Assembly (NCBI RefSeq): GCF_009914755.1
Contig: NC_060938.1
Length of the DNA stretch: 64,000 nucleotides
Source: the human T2T-CHM13v2.0 reference genome, Homo sapiens
Strand: one strand, 5' to 3'
Shown one piece after another: positions 1-14,759 of the stretch. A program made the translations under genes and the position numbers. The notes under the pieces were generated by a model, which saw only the letters and a list, made by a program, of their open reading frames with translations, made no database searches and was not told the origin of the DNA. Position 1 is the first letter of the stretch; every line of letters starts with the position of its first letter.

Positions 1-484
1 GAGTCAGAGTTGGGGCACAGGGGTGGGCCCCCCGAGGCTGCACAGTCCCACCTGGGGACAGGAGCAGTAGTGGTGGAATGACAATGACCTGCTGCAGGTC
101 AGCCTCCTTGTAAACACTTGGCCAGGGCAGGACTGTGCCCTCAGAGCCAGAGAAAGCCCTAGGGTAGCTAGAATGCCACTGCACAGATACCCATTTCTGT
201 CACCTGTGGCATCCTGTTTGCCCAGGTGAGCTCCAAAAATGCCTAAGAGGGATTCTGGCTTCCTCAGCCTGACTTAGCCAGGCAGCCCCATCTACTCTGC
301 ACACATCAGAGGGACAGTGGCCGAACTCCACTTCACTGTGCCTGGCACAGTTCAGGCGGGTCCAGCTGAAAGGAGCTGGACAACGAGCCTGCCCAGGCCC
401 CTCTGTTCAGGTGGGGAGAGGCCTCACCCAGCAAGGCCCTGGCAAGGCTGGCTCCAGGGTTCAGGGGCCTGTCTCCCACACCAG

Positions 485-632
485 GGTGTTCTGTGCACCA
501 ACAGCCTTGGTGTCACCTGGGAGCCTGTTGAAATGCAGACTCCCCGGCCCCGCCCCAGACCTGCGGAATCAGAAGCTGCATTTTTAACAGGACACTCAGG
601 TGCTTCATGTGCACTTTAGTTTGAGACATCCT
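485..632. mobile_element. MER5-type hAT DNA transposon remnant
   Basis: tcacctgggag...aaatgcagactccc...ccccagacct...gaatcagaa. Confidence 0.7.
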
Positions 633-1006
633 AGACCACCATCCTCCCCTCTCCCCTCCTACAATGCCTCTTGGTGGCCCCAAATCATTCACAACCTACC
701 CTGAAGGTCCCGGTACCCCTCAGGGAGCTGTAGCTGTTTAAAACATCATGGAAAGATGTAGCGGAGAGACTCTGGGGTTGGTCAAACCTGGGTTTTAATC
801 CCAGCTCTGCCACTAACTAACTGTGACTTTGGCCCAGGTGGCACAGCTCTCTGAGAGGCAGATTCCTCATGTTTCATCCAAGGAGTTACAGAGCCTGGCA
901 AGCAGCAGGTGCTCACAGGGTTAGGAACAGTCGCACTCCCTGAGGCCTGGGACTCTGAGTCAGGCAGGGAGATCTGCCAGCCTTGGCAGCAGCAGCAAGT
1001 CCCTAC

Positions 1007-1160
1007 CTGCCTTCTCCTTGATGACGGCCCAGTCCTCAAAGCTGTCGATGTGTTCCTTCAGCCGCGAGCAGAGCTGCACGTTGCCCACGTAGTCCAGGAG
1101 GACATCGATGATGGGCCCCGCCCAGCGGCTCACCTCTGGGGCAGATACGAACTCACAGAA
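1007..1160 (-). CDS. ASB2: ASB2 penultimate coding exon (beta exon 9): FCEFVSAPEV...WAVIKEKA, leading into the SOCS box (last exon outside window)
   Basis: Acceptor tctctttcag|TTC, donor GCAG|gtaggg; 154 nt, phase 0 to 1; peptide matches ASB2. Confidence 0.96.
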
Positions 1161-1534
1161 CTGAAAGAGAACATGCCGGGACCAAGAAGTGAGTTCATCC
1201 CACCTGCAAGAGCCTGCGGCCAGGGACGGCAGCGGATGTGTCCAAGCACAGACACTGTGCACACCCAGGCTAGGATCCCCTGAACCATGTCCCCTCAACA
1301 CAGGCTTCTGCTGCCCAAAGTGGAAGACGGGCAACTTGAGCAAGTCACATCACCTCTGAGCCTCAATTTCCCTATCTATAAAATAGGTATATGAAACCAA
1401 CTCCAAGGGGATTTAACATGAGAATTAGGTAATATGAACATAAACTTTGCACACAGTAGGCAGCCCATGAATGATCGCCATTAACCATTAAAACAATGAG
1501 CTCCAGGAGAGGAGTGTGTCTAACTTCCTTTTAA

Positions 1535-1848
<314 letters not shown>

Positions 1849-2289
1849 AAGTTCTGACTTTTAAAGTAACAACATGGACGTGTCCTGCCTCTGGGTCGCT
1901 GGCTTTCTGCTTCTGACCTGACCCTACACCAGCCTGCTCTTGACATGCCTTTCCGGATCGTGCTTGTTTCACATCGCATTCCAGGTGTAGGTTTGCTGGA
2001 GGTGACGAGCCTCTTAGTTTGGCAGAGTTCTCCGCTCCATCATTGGTTCCTTAAATTCCCCAACGCAGTGGACCACAAGAAGGATTTCACCGTTCCAATG
2101 CACCACTAAGTTCTGCGGCCTCTTAAGTGTGCTAACCACCGGTTCCGCTGCCTCCAAAGTGAGCTAACCCCTAGTTCCCTCCAAAGCTCCCTCCAAAGCG
2201 CCCTAAGCGCTAACCCACGCTACCCAGGACGCAGGTTAACCACCGTGCTCTGCTGCCTCCAAAGCTGGCCCCACTTCCCCCGAAGGGTG

Positions 2290-3180
2290 TTAATCACTAG
2301 TCCACGCTGCTCCCAAGGAGCGCGAACCACCCGGCCCCGCCCGCCTCCCATGCGCGCGCGCGTCCCTGGGCCACACCCAAAAGGCGTGCTCCCCACCGCC
2401 AGCGTGCGCTGCCCACCTGCACCACGCTGGGCTCCTTGTCGGCCGCGGGCGCGTCGTTGAACCTGCTGGAGGGCTGCGGGGCCGGCGGGTGCGGGCCGTT
2501 GCCGTAGAGGCATGAGAAGCAGGGCTCGCCGTCGCAGCCCAGGTCCATGAGGAACTTGAGCAGCGACAGGCACTTCATGGCGAACATGATGGTGGCGGGG
2601 AAGGCGGTGGGGTGCGTGGCGATATAGGCGTCGATGTTCGCGCCGTGGTCCAGCAGCAGCTGCATTGTGCGCAGGCAGCCGTGGCGGATGGCCACGAGCA
2701 AGGGGCTGATGACGTCGCGGTTGGGGTCGGCGCCGTGTTGCAGCAGCAGCTCGGTGGCGTACACGTTGTTGTTGACCACCGCGAAGTACAGCGCGGAGCT
2801 GCGCCGGTCTTCGTAGAGGCGCGCGCGCTCGGGGGCCAGCGGCGTGTTCACGTCGAAGCGCGCGCTCAGCAGCGCCTCCAGCACCTCGTCGTGGTTGCGC
2901 TCGGCCGCCAGGTGCAGCGGACTGACGCCGCTACGGCGTATGCGCGTGCGGCTGGTCACCGGCAGCAGCATCTGCACGATCCTGCCGGGTCGAGGGGCGG
3001 GCGCGGGTGAGGGGAGGGTCGGGGTGTGGACGGGTAGGGCCGGCCCCGCCAGCAGGAGAGCTCGGGCGCCAGGCTCGGCTGGTCGCCCTGACCGCGGGCT
3101 GCGACGCGGATCCCACCGGCAGGGGGCGCCGCGGGTCAACCATTCTCACCCCACTGGGCAGGGTGGGTCGGCTGCCGTCT
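2290..3180. promoter_or_regulatory. Intragenic CpG island over ASB2 exon 8 and flanks
   Basis: Very high GC and CpG density, GC boxes (e.g. GGGGCGGG near 2994). Confidence 0.85.
2417..2981 (-). CDS. ASB2: ASB2 exon 8 (565 nt), ankyrin repeats IVQMLLPV...KEPSVVQ
   Basis: Acceptor cccggcag|G, donor CAG|gtgggc; ankyrin motifs SPLHLAA, SALYFAV, SPLLVAI. Confidence 0.97.
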
Positions 3181-4059
3181 CCGCTTTACAGATAAGGAAA
3201 CTGAAGCTCAGAGAGCTTCAGCCACCCTCCCAAAGTCACATAGCCAGTAAGGGGCAGAGCTGGGCTTCAGACCCAGAACCCTTGGCCTCCGAAGTCTGAG
3301 TTCTTAAAAACCTCAGCCAGACTGCACTAGGGTTTCAAGAAGCTCCCACTAATTTATTTCAGGCTAAGCGCTGTTGCCCATTGCCAGCTCAGTTATTTGG
3401 AGGAATTGCCTGGAAGGCCCCCAAACCCAATGAATGTCCAACCTCCTCCCTGCAGGAGGCAGTAGAGCCTAGTGGCGAAGTTTGGAGCCAGACCCTGCTC
3501 TCTCTGGGGGAGGACGGACAGGGACAGCCAGATCCCAGAGCCCACCGTGTGCCAGGAGGCTCCTAAAGGCTTTACAAGTGCGATTGGGTTTAATCTTTAC
3601 AATAACCCCTAAAGCAAGGCTCATCATTCCCATTTTGCAGATGAGAAGAGTCAAGACTCTGAGAGATTAAGGGGCTTGCCCAGTCATACAGTCAGAATAG
3701 GGGAACCAGGGTGTGTGCCCTCCTCTGACTCCAGGGCTGAGCTGTCCCTATCTTGCTGTCCTGGGACCCCAGTGGAGCCACGAGATCCTGAGGACAAAAG
3801 GGGACAAATGTGTTTGGCCCCAACTAATTTGGCCCCAACTACTACTGCCCCAGGCCCCAACCAGCCCATTGTGACCATGAGGTCACTTACACTCCTCTCC
3901 TGTCAGTCTCAACGCCTCCTCCCCGAAGGCTGACGCTAGCTTCTCCCAGTCTCTCTGCCTCACCTTCTGGGTGTGGAGAACTTGGTCAGCCACTGCGGAA
4001 GCCTGAGCTCCCTGCAACCACCAGTTCCTCTCTTCCCTAAAACACGAGCACTGATCTCA

Positions 4060-4252
4060 GCACTTTACCTCTATTCATCTGTGAAATCCTCCCAGTAGCC
4101 CTCTGAAGTGAGTACTGTAATATCCTCATTTCAGAGATGAGGAGACATAAGCCCAGAGAAGGTATGTGACTCCTCCAAGGATACACAGCCAGTAAGTGAT
4201 GGAGCCAGGATTTGAACCCAGGCAGTCTGACCCCAAAGCTACACTCTTAACA
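4060..4252 (-). mobile_element. MIR SINE (one of many MIR/L2 fragments across the window, not all listed)
   Basis: MIR core catttcagagatgaggagac...ggatttgaacccaggcagtctga. Confidence 0.75.
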
Positions 4253-6158
4253 ATGCCCCTACCTCTTGTGTAGCAGTCAGGGTGACAGTTAATATATCCC
4301 GGGGTTTTGCAGTCTTCATAATGTGTTAACTTGCCTGCCCATTTTACCTTCACTTCAGCCCTGGGTGGGAGTGGCCGGAGCAGGCCTGTGGCCTTCTTTT
4401 TAACAGATGTGGCTCAGAGAGCCGAAGTGACTAATCAGGGGTCATAAGACAATTCTGGGGGCTCAACCCCAGGACTCTTTACCCCTTCTCTTGGCTCTCT
4501 TCTCCTACAGCCCTGCCACCTGCAAGAACAAGCTCCTGCACCAATATGATTCCAGACCCTAATCCATCCAATCCCTGCTGACAGGTGACCTCACAGCCTC
4601 CTGTGGGACTCCAAGGAGGTGGCCATTACAGGGGGTGGGGCGGTGGGGGAAGGGGAGAGAAGCAGGTGCCACCAGGCCCATTCCCACGCCTCTGGCCTCC
4701 TGGCACACAGGCTTCCTGGAAATCTGATGCCAGCGACCTCCTGCTGGGATCTCAGTGGAAAGTATTATGATTGTTAGTGATGCTGTGTTTGGCTAAAATC
4801 TGACTCTAAAACCTCAAAAGGAAATTCACACACCCGGGGGGCTAATTGCCTCCTAATTTCTATTTGTGTAGGCACAGGAGGCCTGACTTTGCTCTGCAGA
4901 GGTGCTGGTCAAAGGCAGGCCTGGGCCTCACCCTGGATGGCGGCCACGGCCAACAAATGCTCTGCTAACAGCTGTAACGTGCCCAAGAACGGGAAAGAAC
5001 AGTGAGAGGGGCTGCCCCGGGGCCGCTGGACAGATGGGGCTGGTATCTCTGGCAGGTCACAGCTGGTCTCCGGCAGTTCTCCACGAACCAAGGGAAAGTG
5101 GCAGAAATGTGGGAACTTGAGCATTGTCTCAGTTATGTGGTGAATCATCTTACTGCGGCAGGACTCTGCCAATCAGAAAGTGAATGTGTAACGCCGGACA
5201 GGCTCTGGAGATCAGTGCGTCCAGCTTTCCCATTTTACACAGAGTAAACCTGAAGCCCAGGCTTGGGGTGGGGAACAGAGTGAGGTTGGACAGAAGGTGG
5301 GTGGTGCACAAGAGCAAAATACAGGTCTCTGGATGTCCAGGGCCAAGCCTTCTACGATGCCCCTCTCCTCCCAACTATGGGAGCGGCCACGTTGGTAGCC
5401 CCACTGCACATCATCACTCCTCTTCCCAGCCCATTTTGTGGGGCAGAGGACAGGAGGACAAGGGGGTGACCCCACCAAACAGTCTGACTCTTCCCACTTC
5501 TCCCACAGGCACGTTTTGGATTCTCAGAGTATAATTGCTCAAGCGGCACCTCATGAAGAGGAACAAAGGTGACTATTGTCTGATAGAGCCGTAGGTGTCT
5601 GGAAGAATGGCCCCCTACCCCTTCCTTGTCCCCTCCCCAATGCAGAGGCCACAACTACCAGCTTAGCCTTTCCTGTCTGGGCCCTGAGACCGGAGCAGAT
5701 CCAGCTCAGGGTCATTCCAGGAAGACCCAGTGCAGCAGTGTGGCAGGTGCTGAGCTGTCTCTGACCTTGGACCTCATTCCGAATCACTGGGCTCTTGTCT
5801 TGTTCCTAGGACCCACCAGTATCTGAAGCCTGACATCCTTGCCCCAGGTCTGGGCTCCCACTCCAGGATTCTAGTTTCCTCAGAGCAGCAGCCTTGCCAT
5901 ACCACCTGGCCCTGGCTCTGATGTCCTTCCTGAATCTAGCCCAACAGCAGGGGAATGGGCAGAGAGCTTTGAGCCAACGCAAGCTGTCCTTAGCTAGAGA
6001 GGGGCCCAGCATGGGCAGTGGGGAAACTGGGAGGCTCAGAGTCAGGGGTACATGGGTTACACACCAGCTCTACCCTTCAGCACTGGGCCAGCGCAAGCAT
6101 GTCACTTAACCTCTCTGAACCGCACCTAAAGCAGAGGGGTAATTAATTGTAATAATAG

Positions 6159-6190
6159 TGATGATGATGATGATGATGATGATGGTGATA
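6159..6190. repeat. (GAT)n microsatellite
   Basis: Direct reading. Confidence 0.9.
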
Positions 6191-6671
6191 GCTATAGCTA
6201 CCCTTTATTGAGCTCCAGTGGGTTGCTGTGAGCACTTTACCCCTTACCTTCTTAAGTCATAATTGTGCTAATATTGCTGAGCGCTTACTGTGTGCCAGGT
6301 ACCATTTAAAGTGGTCCTCACATTTGTTTACTTCATTTAATCCTAGCATGACCCTCAGAGCTAAGAACTTAATCTCATTTACTCATTTACTCATAACAAT
6401 CCGGCAAGGTAGGACTGCTTACAACCCCAGGTCCAGGTTACAAAGCACAATGTAATGATCTTTCACCAAGGCTGCTTCTGAGTATAAATGAGATCTTTCC
6501 CATGAATCTGATTGGCCCGTAGTCGGCAGTGAATGAACAATGCTCTTGGTATCTTGACCACCACCACAACTGCAGCCTACTGCCCCTGCTACCCTAAACA
6601 CAGAGGCATTCTGGATCACCAGGTCACTGTGCTTTGACCCTTGTCAGTGTTCAATGTAAATTTGGATGGAG

Positions 6672-7041
<370 letters not shown>

Positions 7042-9705
7042 TCACTGTGCCACCCTGACTTGTTTTCTATGAAGTCTTGAGCTCTGAGCCTCAGTTTCTC
7101 TTTTAACTAATGGGGATATTAACTTGCTTGTCAGTGTGCTTTATAAGCTGCTTTTTAATTTAATGTGTTAAGTGTTCTCTATTTTGCCTTATTCTAGGAA
7201 GAATTTCAAGTGGCTTGCAAAGATTGATAAAATACAGCAAAAGTGTTATATGTTGGAACTAAAAGAGAAGGAATATTTAAAAACGAGGGAGGCAGAAGTA
7301 AGGCCCAGAATGCAAGTCTGTGTTTTCTGTTGGCCACAGAAGAGGCTCTAAGATCCTGATTCTCTACCCAGGCTGCACAGTAAAATCTCCCGGGCAGCTC
7401 TTAGACACCTTGAAGCCTCAGCCACGGCCCAGACCAGCGGCAGCGCCATCTCGTCAGGTGGGGCCCAGGCATCAGGGTTTCTGGTGCAGCCAAGGTTGGA
7501 CACTACTGTTTTGGGTGCTATTCTTGGGGCATCTGCTCTGCGCTAACTCACACAGTTTCTTAATACGTCTATCTTTGGTGTTGATCTTTGATTTCATACG
7601 GTGGCTTTGCTAAACTGGAAATGAACAACAGGAAAATGCGTGTCTTGGAGGTGACTGCGACATCGGGACTTTAGGGCTCCTTTCTCAGCACACCCGCATG
7701 TCACCCCTTGCGGTTAAGTGTGCTGACGAGAAGACACCATCTGGCAAACAGCCTTCGGCTCCTGGTGCTGCCTTCCATGCCTGGGACGGATGGCCAGGGT
7801 GTGTTGGCAGGTGGCAGAGTGTGGAATGCCTATGGAATGTCACATCAAATCCCCGAGCAGAGGGCCTTTAATGCTGTATGCCCAGGGAGGGAGTGATGAG
7901 CTCGGGGCTTGCTGGCCATGGGCTCTGCCTGGTGGCAGAAGCTGCTGGGAACCAGGCTTTAACCCTTTGTTGCTTAGCCCTAAAAAGTGGCCCAGGCCCC
8001 TCTGAGCCTTGGGGGACAGAGGGAAATGGGGCCCGGGGGTGGAGGTTGAATAACCAGGGAATTCGCCCTGGGAATCCACGTGAATCCAAGGTAGATGAGT
8101 TTACAGGAACATCAGCCATGGACACAGTGTTCCAGGCAGGACGCGCCTTACTCTCTGATCATCCGCAAGGCCACCTAGTGCCCCTTCAGCTTCTCCTCCA
8201 GCTGGGGCCAGACTGCCAACACCTCTGGGTTCACTTGAAGGCAGCCCAGATGAAGGTCCCAGCCCTGCCGCTATCTCAAAAATCACTTCCATATCTGACC
8301 TTGGCTTCCTTCTCTGTAAAACCAGGGCCTGAATTAGATCAATGGTCCCTGCAGCTATAGACAGGCTGTATCTGATTTGCTCAGGGAGCTTTTCAAAGAG
8401 ACAGTGGGGCTCCTTCTCTCCTGGAGATTCTGATTCACCGGATCTGATATGGCATTTTAAAAATAGCCCAGAGGGACATGGATGTGCAGGCTAGAATTGG
8501 GGGGCAGTGGGCCAGGAGATTTCCAAAGTGCACCCACTTCCCGTGTGTTCACTCTGGATCTCTCTGGGGTCAGGCTCAAGGTAAACTGTGTTTGCCCAAC
8601 TCTGACTGATGCCCGATGATTTGTGGAACTCAAGAGAAAGGAGCCGTCTTGTCCATGCCCACTGCCTGGCTTGAGCTGCTGTCTGAACCGCTCAATCATG
8701 GAATGCACTCTCCCTAAGTAAGAGTGGGTGAGCATAGGACGCCTGAGCACACACTGGGTGCAGGCGCTCTGCTAGGTGCTTTTTTCCATTCTATATCCGT
8801 ACGTATCCATTTTACTGGTCCTCCGACAACCCCATGAGGCGGGTGTAACCATTTCCCATTTTATAAATGAGGAAAATGAGGCTCAGCAAGGTTAAGCAAC
8901 TTTCCCAATGGCCTCAGCAGGGATTCACACCCAGATCTGTCAGCCTTGTGGACAGCTGTGCTGTCCAGAAAAGGCTGGGTCTCCTCTGTGTATGTACTGG
9001 GGGGTGTGGGGAGTGGGGAGGGCATCTTTGGGTGGTCTTGGTGCAGGCAACCTGCACAGAAGGGGCTGGAGCTTTAAGGGGCGGCTCTGAAGCCTTGAGT
9101 CTTCATTTCAGTCTTTGGAATGTCACTTTGACCCCATTTCCCTCTGCCTTAGTGAAGACAACAAACATGCCCCAATACACGCAGTCTGTGCTTCTCACTC
9201 TCCTGCCTGTCTGGAAGATTCGGGTGTGTTTCCCCAAGTGTCATCAGGGTACATGAGATGGGATTTTAAATGAAATGTTTTTAAAATTGATTGTAAATGG
9301 ATAACATACTAGTGTGATAAATGTTTCCTCTTCAAAATAAATTCATTGTAAGTAAAAACATTATTTAAAGGAAAAATTACTAAACGATGAGAGTATAGAT
9401 ATTTAAAATCAGGAAGAAAATCTGTGAATGGACAGTTTGGGAAGCACTGTCCAGCAAAAAGGGTCAGATGCTGGGGTTTAAGTCCTAGCCCTGGGGACGG
9501 GGCTTTCAAGGGGCAAATCTCTTAACTACCAGAGTCTTCGTTTCCTGTCCTGTAAAATGAAAATCCGGGTTGACCCGCATACCCGCAGCACAGTGTGAGG
9601 CTCACATGGGAGGCAGATGAGTCACACTCTGGAAATGACCAAGCCCTGTCCATCCTTCAAGGGCAGCTGGAGCTTCACCTCTGCGGCCCAGGCTTCCCCA
9701 TGTAG

Positions 9706-9916
9706 CAGTGCTGCTGGGAATGCTTAAAAACTGGCTCAAGCAAGGGCAGAGAAGGGGGAAAGGACTCTGGTTTGTAGCATTTGCCTATTTCCCCATGTAA
9801 ATATTCCCCCATGGCCAATTTTAAGCTATCAATGTGAGGTCAGTAAACACAGAGTTGGGAAGAGGTGTGCAGTCGGTTCCTGAGAACAGGCACGAGCTGG
9901 CTCTAGCACACCTCTG
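9706..9916 (-). mobile_element. MER63-like DNA transposon remnant
   Basis: cagtg..tgctgg / ..agcacac..ctg termini and MER63-like interior. Confidence 0.55.
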
Positions 9917-10657
9917 CCTCTAGCCCCGGCTCGTCTGTCTCCACAGGAGCCATGCAGCTCTTCGGCATGCTCTTTCATGATGTCATGAATTCACATGTCT
10001 GTGCTTCTTCCCTTCCTCCAGATTGCTCCTTGGGAACTTAAGCCTCTCTCTTCTCACTCAGAGTATCTAGCACTTAGTAATTGCTCAATAACTGCTAGTT
10101 CTTATCATTGGTGCTATTTGTGTTATTGTAGGTTTTCCTTGCATGCTTGCTAATTGCCTGGGAGGTTATCCTTGCATTCCTGTACTCCCGGAAATATTCA
10201 TTAGCTCAGACTCATATCTGCCCCCCAGGATAGAATTCCTGTAGCTGTGACCTTTGGAGCAGGTGAGTACCTGCCGCCTATGAGCTGTGTGACCTTGGGC
10301 AAGTCACTCAACCTCTCTGTGTCTTAGCTTCCTCATCTAAACAACAGAGATAATAATATCCACCTCAGTGAGCTGTTAAGCAGATTAAATAAGTTTCTGA
10401 TGTGAAGTACTGGTAAGCGCTGCATAAGGGTTTGCTGTTATTATTTCAGTTGCTGTTGTTACAGGCATTCACTCCATGTTGCTAACTGCTAAGGGGTTTC
10501 CCTCCTTTCCATGGGAAAGGTGATGTCCATTCTGACCTCTCCTGGGCCTCCCTAATCCTGTGGGTGGGACATTCAGGGCAGGCCCACCCCTCCAATCCCC
10601 TACTCCCAGTGTGGGCCTCGGGAGAGCTGCCTGGGTGCTGGCGGAGCCTGGGCTGAC

Positions 10658-10829
10658 CTGTAGTTGCCCTTCTTGGAGGCGATGTGCAGCGGGAGCAAGC
10701 CGTCCTTGTTGGTCTTGTTGGCGTCGGCACCCTGTGACAGCAGAAACTCCACCACCTCCTCATGCTCATTCTTGCAGGCCTCGTAGAGGGCAGACGCGTT
10801 GTCGCTGGCCTGCGTGTTGATGTCAGCAC
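10658..10829 (-). CDS. ASB2: ASB2 exon 7 (172 nt), GADINTQASD...SKKGNYR
   Basis: Acceptor ttccccag|GT, donor AG|gtcagc; phases fit neighbours; ankyrin repeats. Confidence 0.97.
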
Positions 10830-11016
10830 CTGGGGAAGGAGAAGAGATCAGCAAGTGGCCAAGTGACCGGGAAGTTGCTGTCCTCAATGTAACGCCACCG
10901 CGTGGTGGGCCTGCTGTGCTAACCACGGTAATGCACGGGACCTTTAACAACGACCCTTAGGAAGGAGGAGTCTACCTGGGGCTACCCCCAGCTTCTTTCA
11001 ACAACATCAAGACCTA

Positions 11017-11650
<634 letters not shown>

Positions 11651-11959
11651 TCACTCCATGTAAGAGGGCCTGGGCTCTGCCCTGAGAGAGGCCTCACAGG
11701 TCTAGGAGGGCACAGAGGCCCTAATAAAGGAAAACCCCAATAACATTATTAATTGCAATTTGCTATTAATATTGCTATTATTATTGCTAATGTTACCATG
11801 CTATTAATATTGATCCTTACTGCTATCAATAACTTCTAGCTCTTATCACTAGTGCTCCTTGTGCTAGGTATTCCCTGCATGCTTGCTAATTGCTAATTCT
11901 CTGCCTTTCACTTCAAGGAATAAGAGAATTACTTTCTGTCTCCTCCCAAGAAAATACTA

Positions 11960-12270
11960 GGCCAGGTGCAATGGCTCACACTTGTAATCCCAGCACTTTG
12001 GGAGGCCAAGGCGGGCAGATCACTTGAGCTCAGGAATTCAAGACTAGCCTGGGTAACCTAATGAGACTCTGTTCTCTACACCTACTGAGTAGCCCCTGGC
12101 CGGGCATGGTGGCACATGCCTGTAGTTCCAGCTACTTGGAAGGCTGAGGTGCAAGGATTACTTGAGCCCAGGAGGTTGATATAGGCGGCAGTGAGCCGGG
12201 ATCACACCACTGCACTCCAGCCTGGACAACAAAGTGAGACCCTGTTCCCAAAACAAAAACAAAACAAAAC
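11960..12270 (+). mobile_element. AluJ-type SINE
   Basis: Diverged Alu body, (CAAAA)n tail. Confidence 0.85.
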
Positions 12271-14307
12271 CCAGAAAACATTAATCCATGCTGCTAGAAG
12301 GAGGAATCAGGCCTGGTGACAATCTGCCTTCAGCTCAGTCTTCTACACCTGCTTCATCTCCTCGGGCAGGGGGTGAGGGGGAGAACTGATGTGCACACAG
12401 CTTTCTCTGCAGAAAGAGAATTCAGCAGTCCTTCCTTGTTCTGGAAGGACATGGAACTAAGATGCTTGAAGATGTCAGTGGGGCTAAAATCAAAAGCATC
12501 TGCTAACCACAGGTCATCTCTCTAAGCATGTTGCTGATCTCAGGCTTTCTGGTAATTTATTATTTTTGATGATGGTGTGACCAGTTTCTGATCCAGCGGA
12601 AACAGCACAGGCTTTGGCGACAGATGAGAATCAGCTGAGGCATCTGTTTCATGGCTCACAAGCTCTGCAGTCTCAGAAAGCCTTTAGGAGCCTCGGTTTT
12701 CTCATCTGTTGACCAGGGATAATAGTACCTACCCCTCGGGGTTACTGCAGGGAGTAAACAAAATAGTGTAAGCACATCTCTCAGCGCAGTGCCTGCCACA
12801 GGGAAGCTGCTCAGCAAATGCCAGTTGCTCAGGATGGAAGGAGCTGGGCAGAGGCCTTCGTCCTGCCTCCGGCCTGAGGGAGAGCCAGTGAGCCGCCCTA
12901 ACCCTCTGTTGGGCTCTCAGAGGCAGGTGCCCTGGAGAGCCTGGACCCTACCAGCAAAGCCGCCTGCTTGCACAAGAAAAATATTTGGGTTGGAAAATGG
13001 ACTCAGCCCACAAAGTGAACACACCCTGACTCAGAGTGTCGGTGGGAGACCTGGACAGATGTTTGGAGTTATTGAGGTCACCCTTGCCTGCTGAGCATGC
13101 TGTCCGTCACCAGGACCCCCGGCCTGGGCTCCCAGGACCCTGCCTGTGCCCCTTTGTTCTTACGCTGGGCAGTCCAGATTTGTTCCTGGCTGCACGGAAG
13201 GGCCTGCACCTATGTTCCCCACTGCTCAGGCGCGTGCTGAGTGCATGGATGCTTACCTGGGCAGAGTCCCGTGCTGCCGACTCTCACAGGGTAGGGTGGC
13301 TGGCAGAGCACAAAGCATGTGCAGTTTGGAGTCAGATGGCAGTGGGTCAGCATCCAGGCTTGGACTGTGACCAATTAGTTAACCTCTCTGAACCTCAGTC
13401 TCTTCATCTATAAAATGGGACGAGCATACTACCTACCACATGGGGCTACGGGGAAAGCTCCATTGCCCCGATCTGTGTTCACACTTAGCAAGTCCTCAAC
13501 AGATTCCTACAGTTCAGCCTCAGCGTCTGGATTACCTCTGGCTTCTCTGTTGCTAGAGAGAGGGTTACTTCCCGTGGAGAGAGAAAAGAAATCAAAGGCA
13601 TTCTTGGGGAAGATCAGGATATAATGTTCTGAAACCAAAAGCAAGTCTGCCATGTCTCGTGGTCTTTTGCTACTGGGCCATCATAATGCAGGCCGTATTG
13701 TGTTATTTTCTCCCATTAAGATATTTCACAGGCAAAGAGGGCAAAGAGCTGGGTTCAAGTCCCAGCTCTGCCACTAATTTGCTGTGTGACCTTGGACAAA
13801 TCACTTTCCCATCCTGGTCCTTGAGTTCATCACCCATAAAAGGGGGAGGTGATCTAAATGTTGCTTGAGGTTCCTTCTGGCCCTGAAGTGTGATGTGGTG
13901 GAAAGAGAAGCGGTTGGGGTGTCAGGAGACCAAGAGTCTAGCTAGTTCTACAATTAATTTGCTATAGGACTATAGATAAGTCACTTCCTCACTCTGTGCC
14001 TCAGACTCCTCGTTTGTAAAATGAAAATGTTGGACTAGATTATAAATGGCAAATAGGTGGTCCGTGGGCCAGACCCCCCCATATTTGTTCTAATGGCAGA
14101 TGTCACTAGTGGATCCCGACGCTCTTCCCACTGAGCCTGGACACAGCCTCAGCATCTTTCTCAACACAGCACTCTAGGAGGAAACTCTCACTCCATCAGT
14201 GTGCGCACAAGATGACCCCTAACTCGCCTTCCCTTAGAGCTGACCTCTGACATCCTTCCCGTGTGCCCTTTGGGGACTCCATGACCTAGGGACCCTTAGC
14301 CACTCAC

Positions 14308-14553
14308 CGTACTTGGCTAAGAACCTCAAGGCCTCCAACTGTCCACTCTGGGCGGCCACGAACAAGGGGGTGATGCCGTAGGCGTTCTTGGATTCCACCT
14401 TGGCTCCTCCGCTCACCAGGATCTGCATGACCTCCAGGTCATTGCGAGACACAGACTCGTGCAGAGCGGTCCAGCCGCGGTTGCAGCGGTGGTTGGTGTC
14501 TGCATTGTGCTGCACCAGAATCTTCACGGCCTCCGCGTTCTTGCGCTCGCAGG
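14308..14553 (-). CDS. ASB2: ASB2 exon 6 (246 nt), ACERKNAEAV...RFLAKY
   Basis: Acceptor gcacag|CC, donor G|gtgagt; ankyrin repeats GWTALHES, GITPLFVAA. Confidence 0.97.
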
Positions 14554-14759
14554 CTGTGCTCAGGGGGAAGCAGGGATGGTCAGCAGGGCCTGGCAGGAAC
14601 TGGCCAGCAGAGACTGCATTCATTCGCCTGTCCATTCACTCATCCACTCATTCAGCTTTCCACTGCATGTGTATTAAGTTCCAATCCCTGCATTGAACCT
14701 GGGATAGGCGACTAAAAGTAATACTGATACTAACATTAGCAAGAATACTTGCTGATTCA

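Noticed and set aside
1-1006. ASB2 terminal SOCS-box exon and stop codon
   Set aside because: Expected PPRPLAHLCR sequence not found; it lies beyond the left edge of the window
2220-3299. Overlapping antisense and alternate-frame ORFs over exon 8
   Set aside because: Expected in very GC-rich coding DNA
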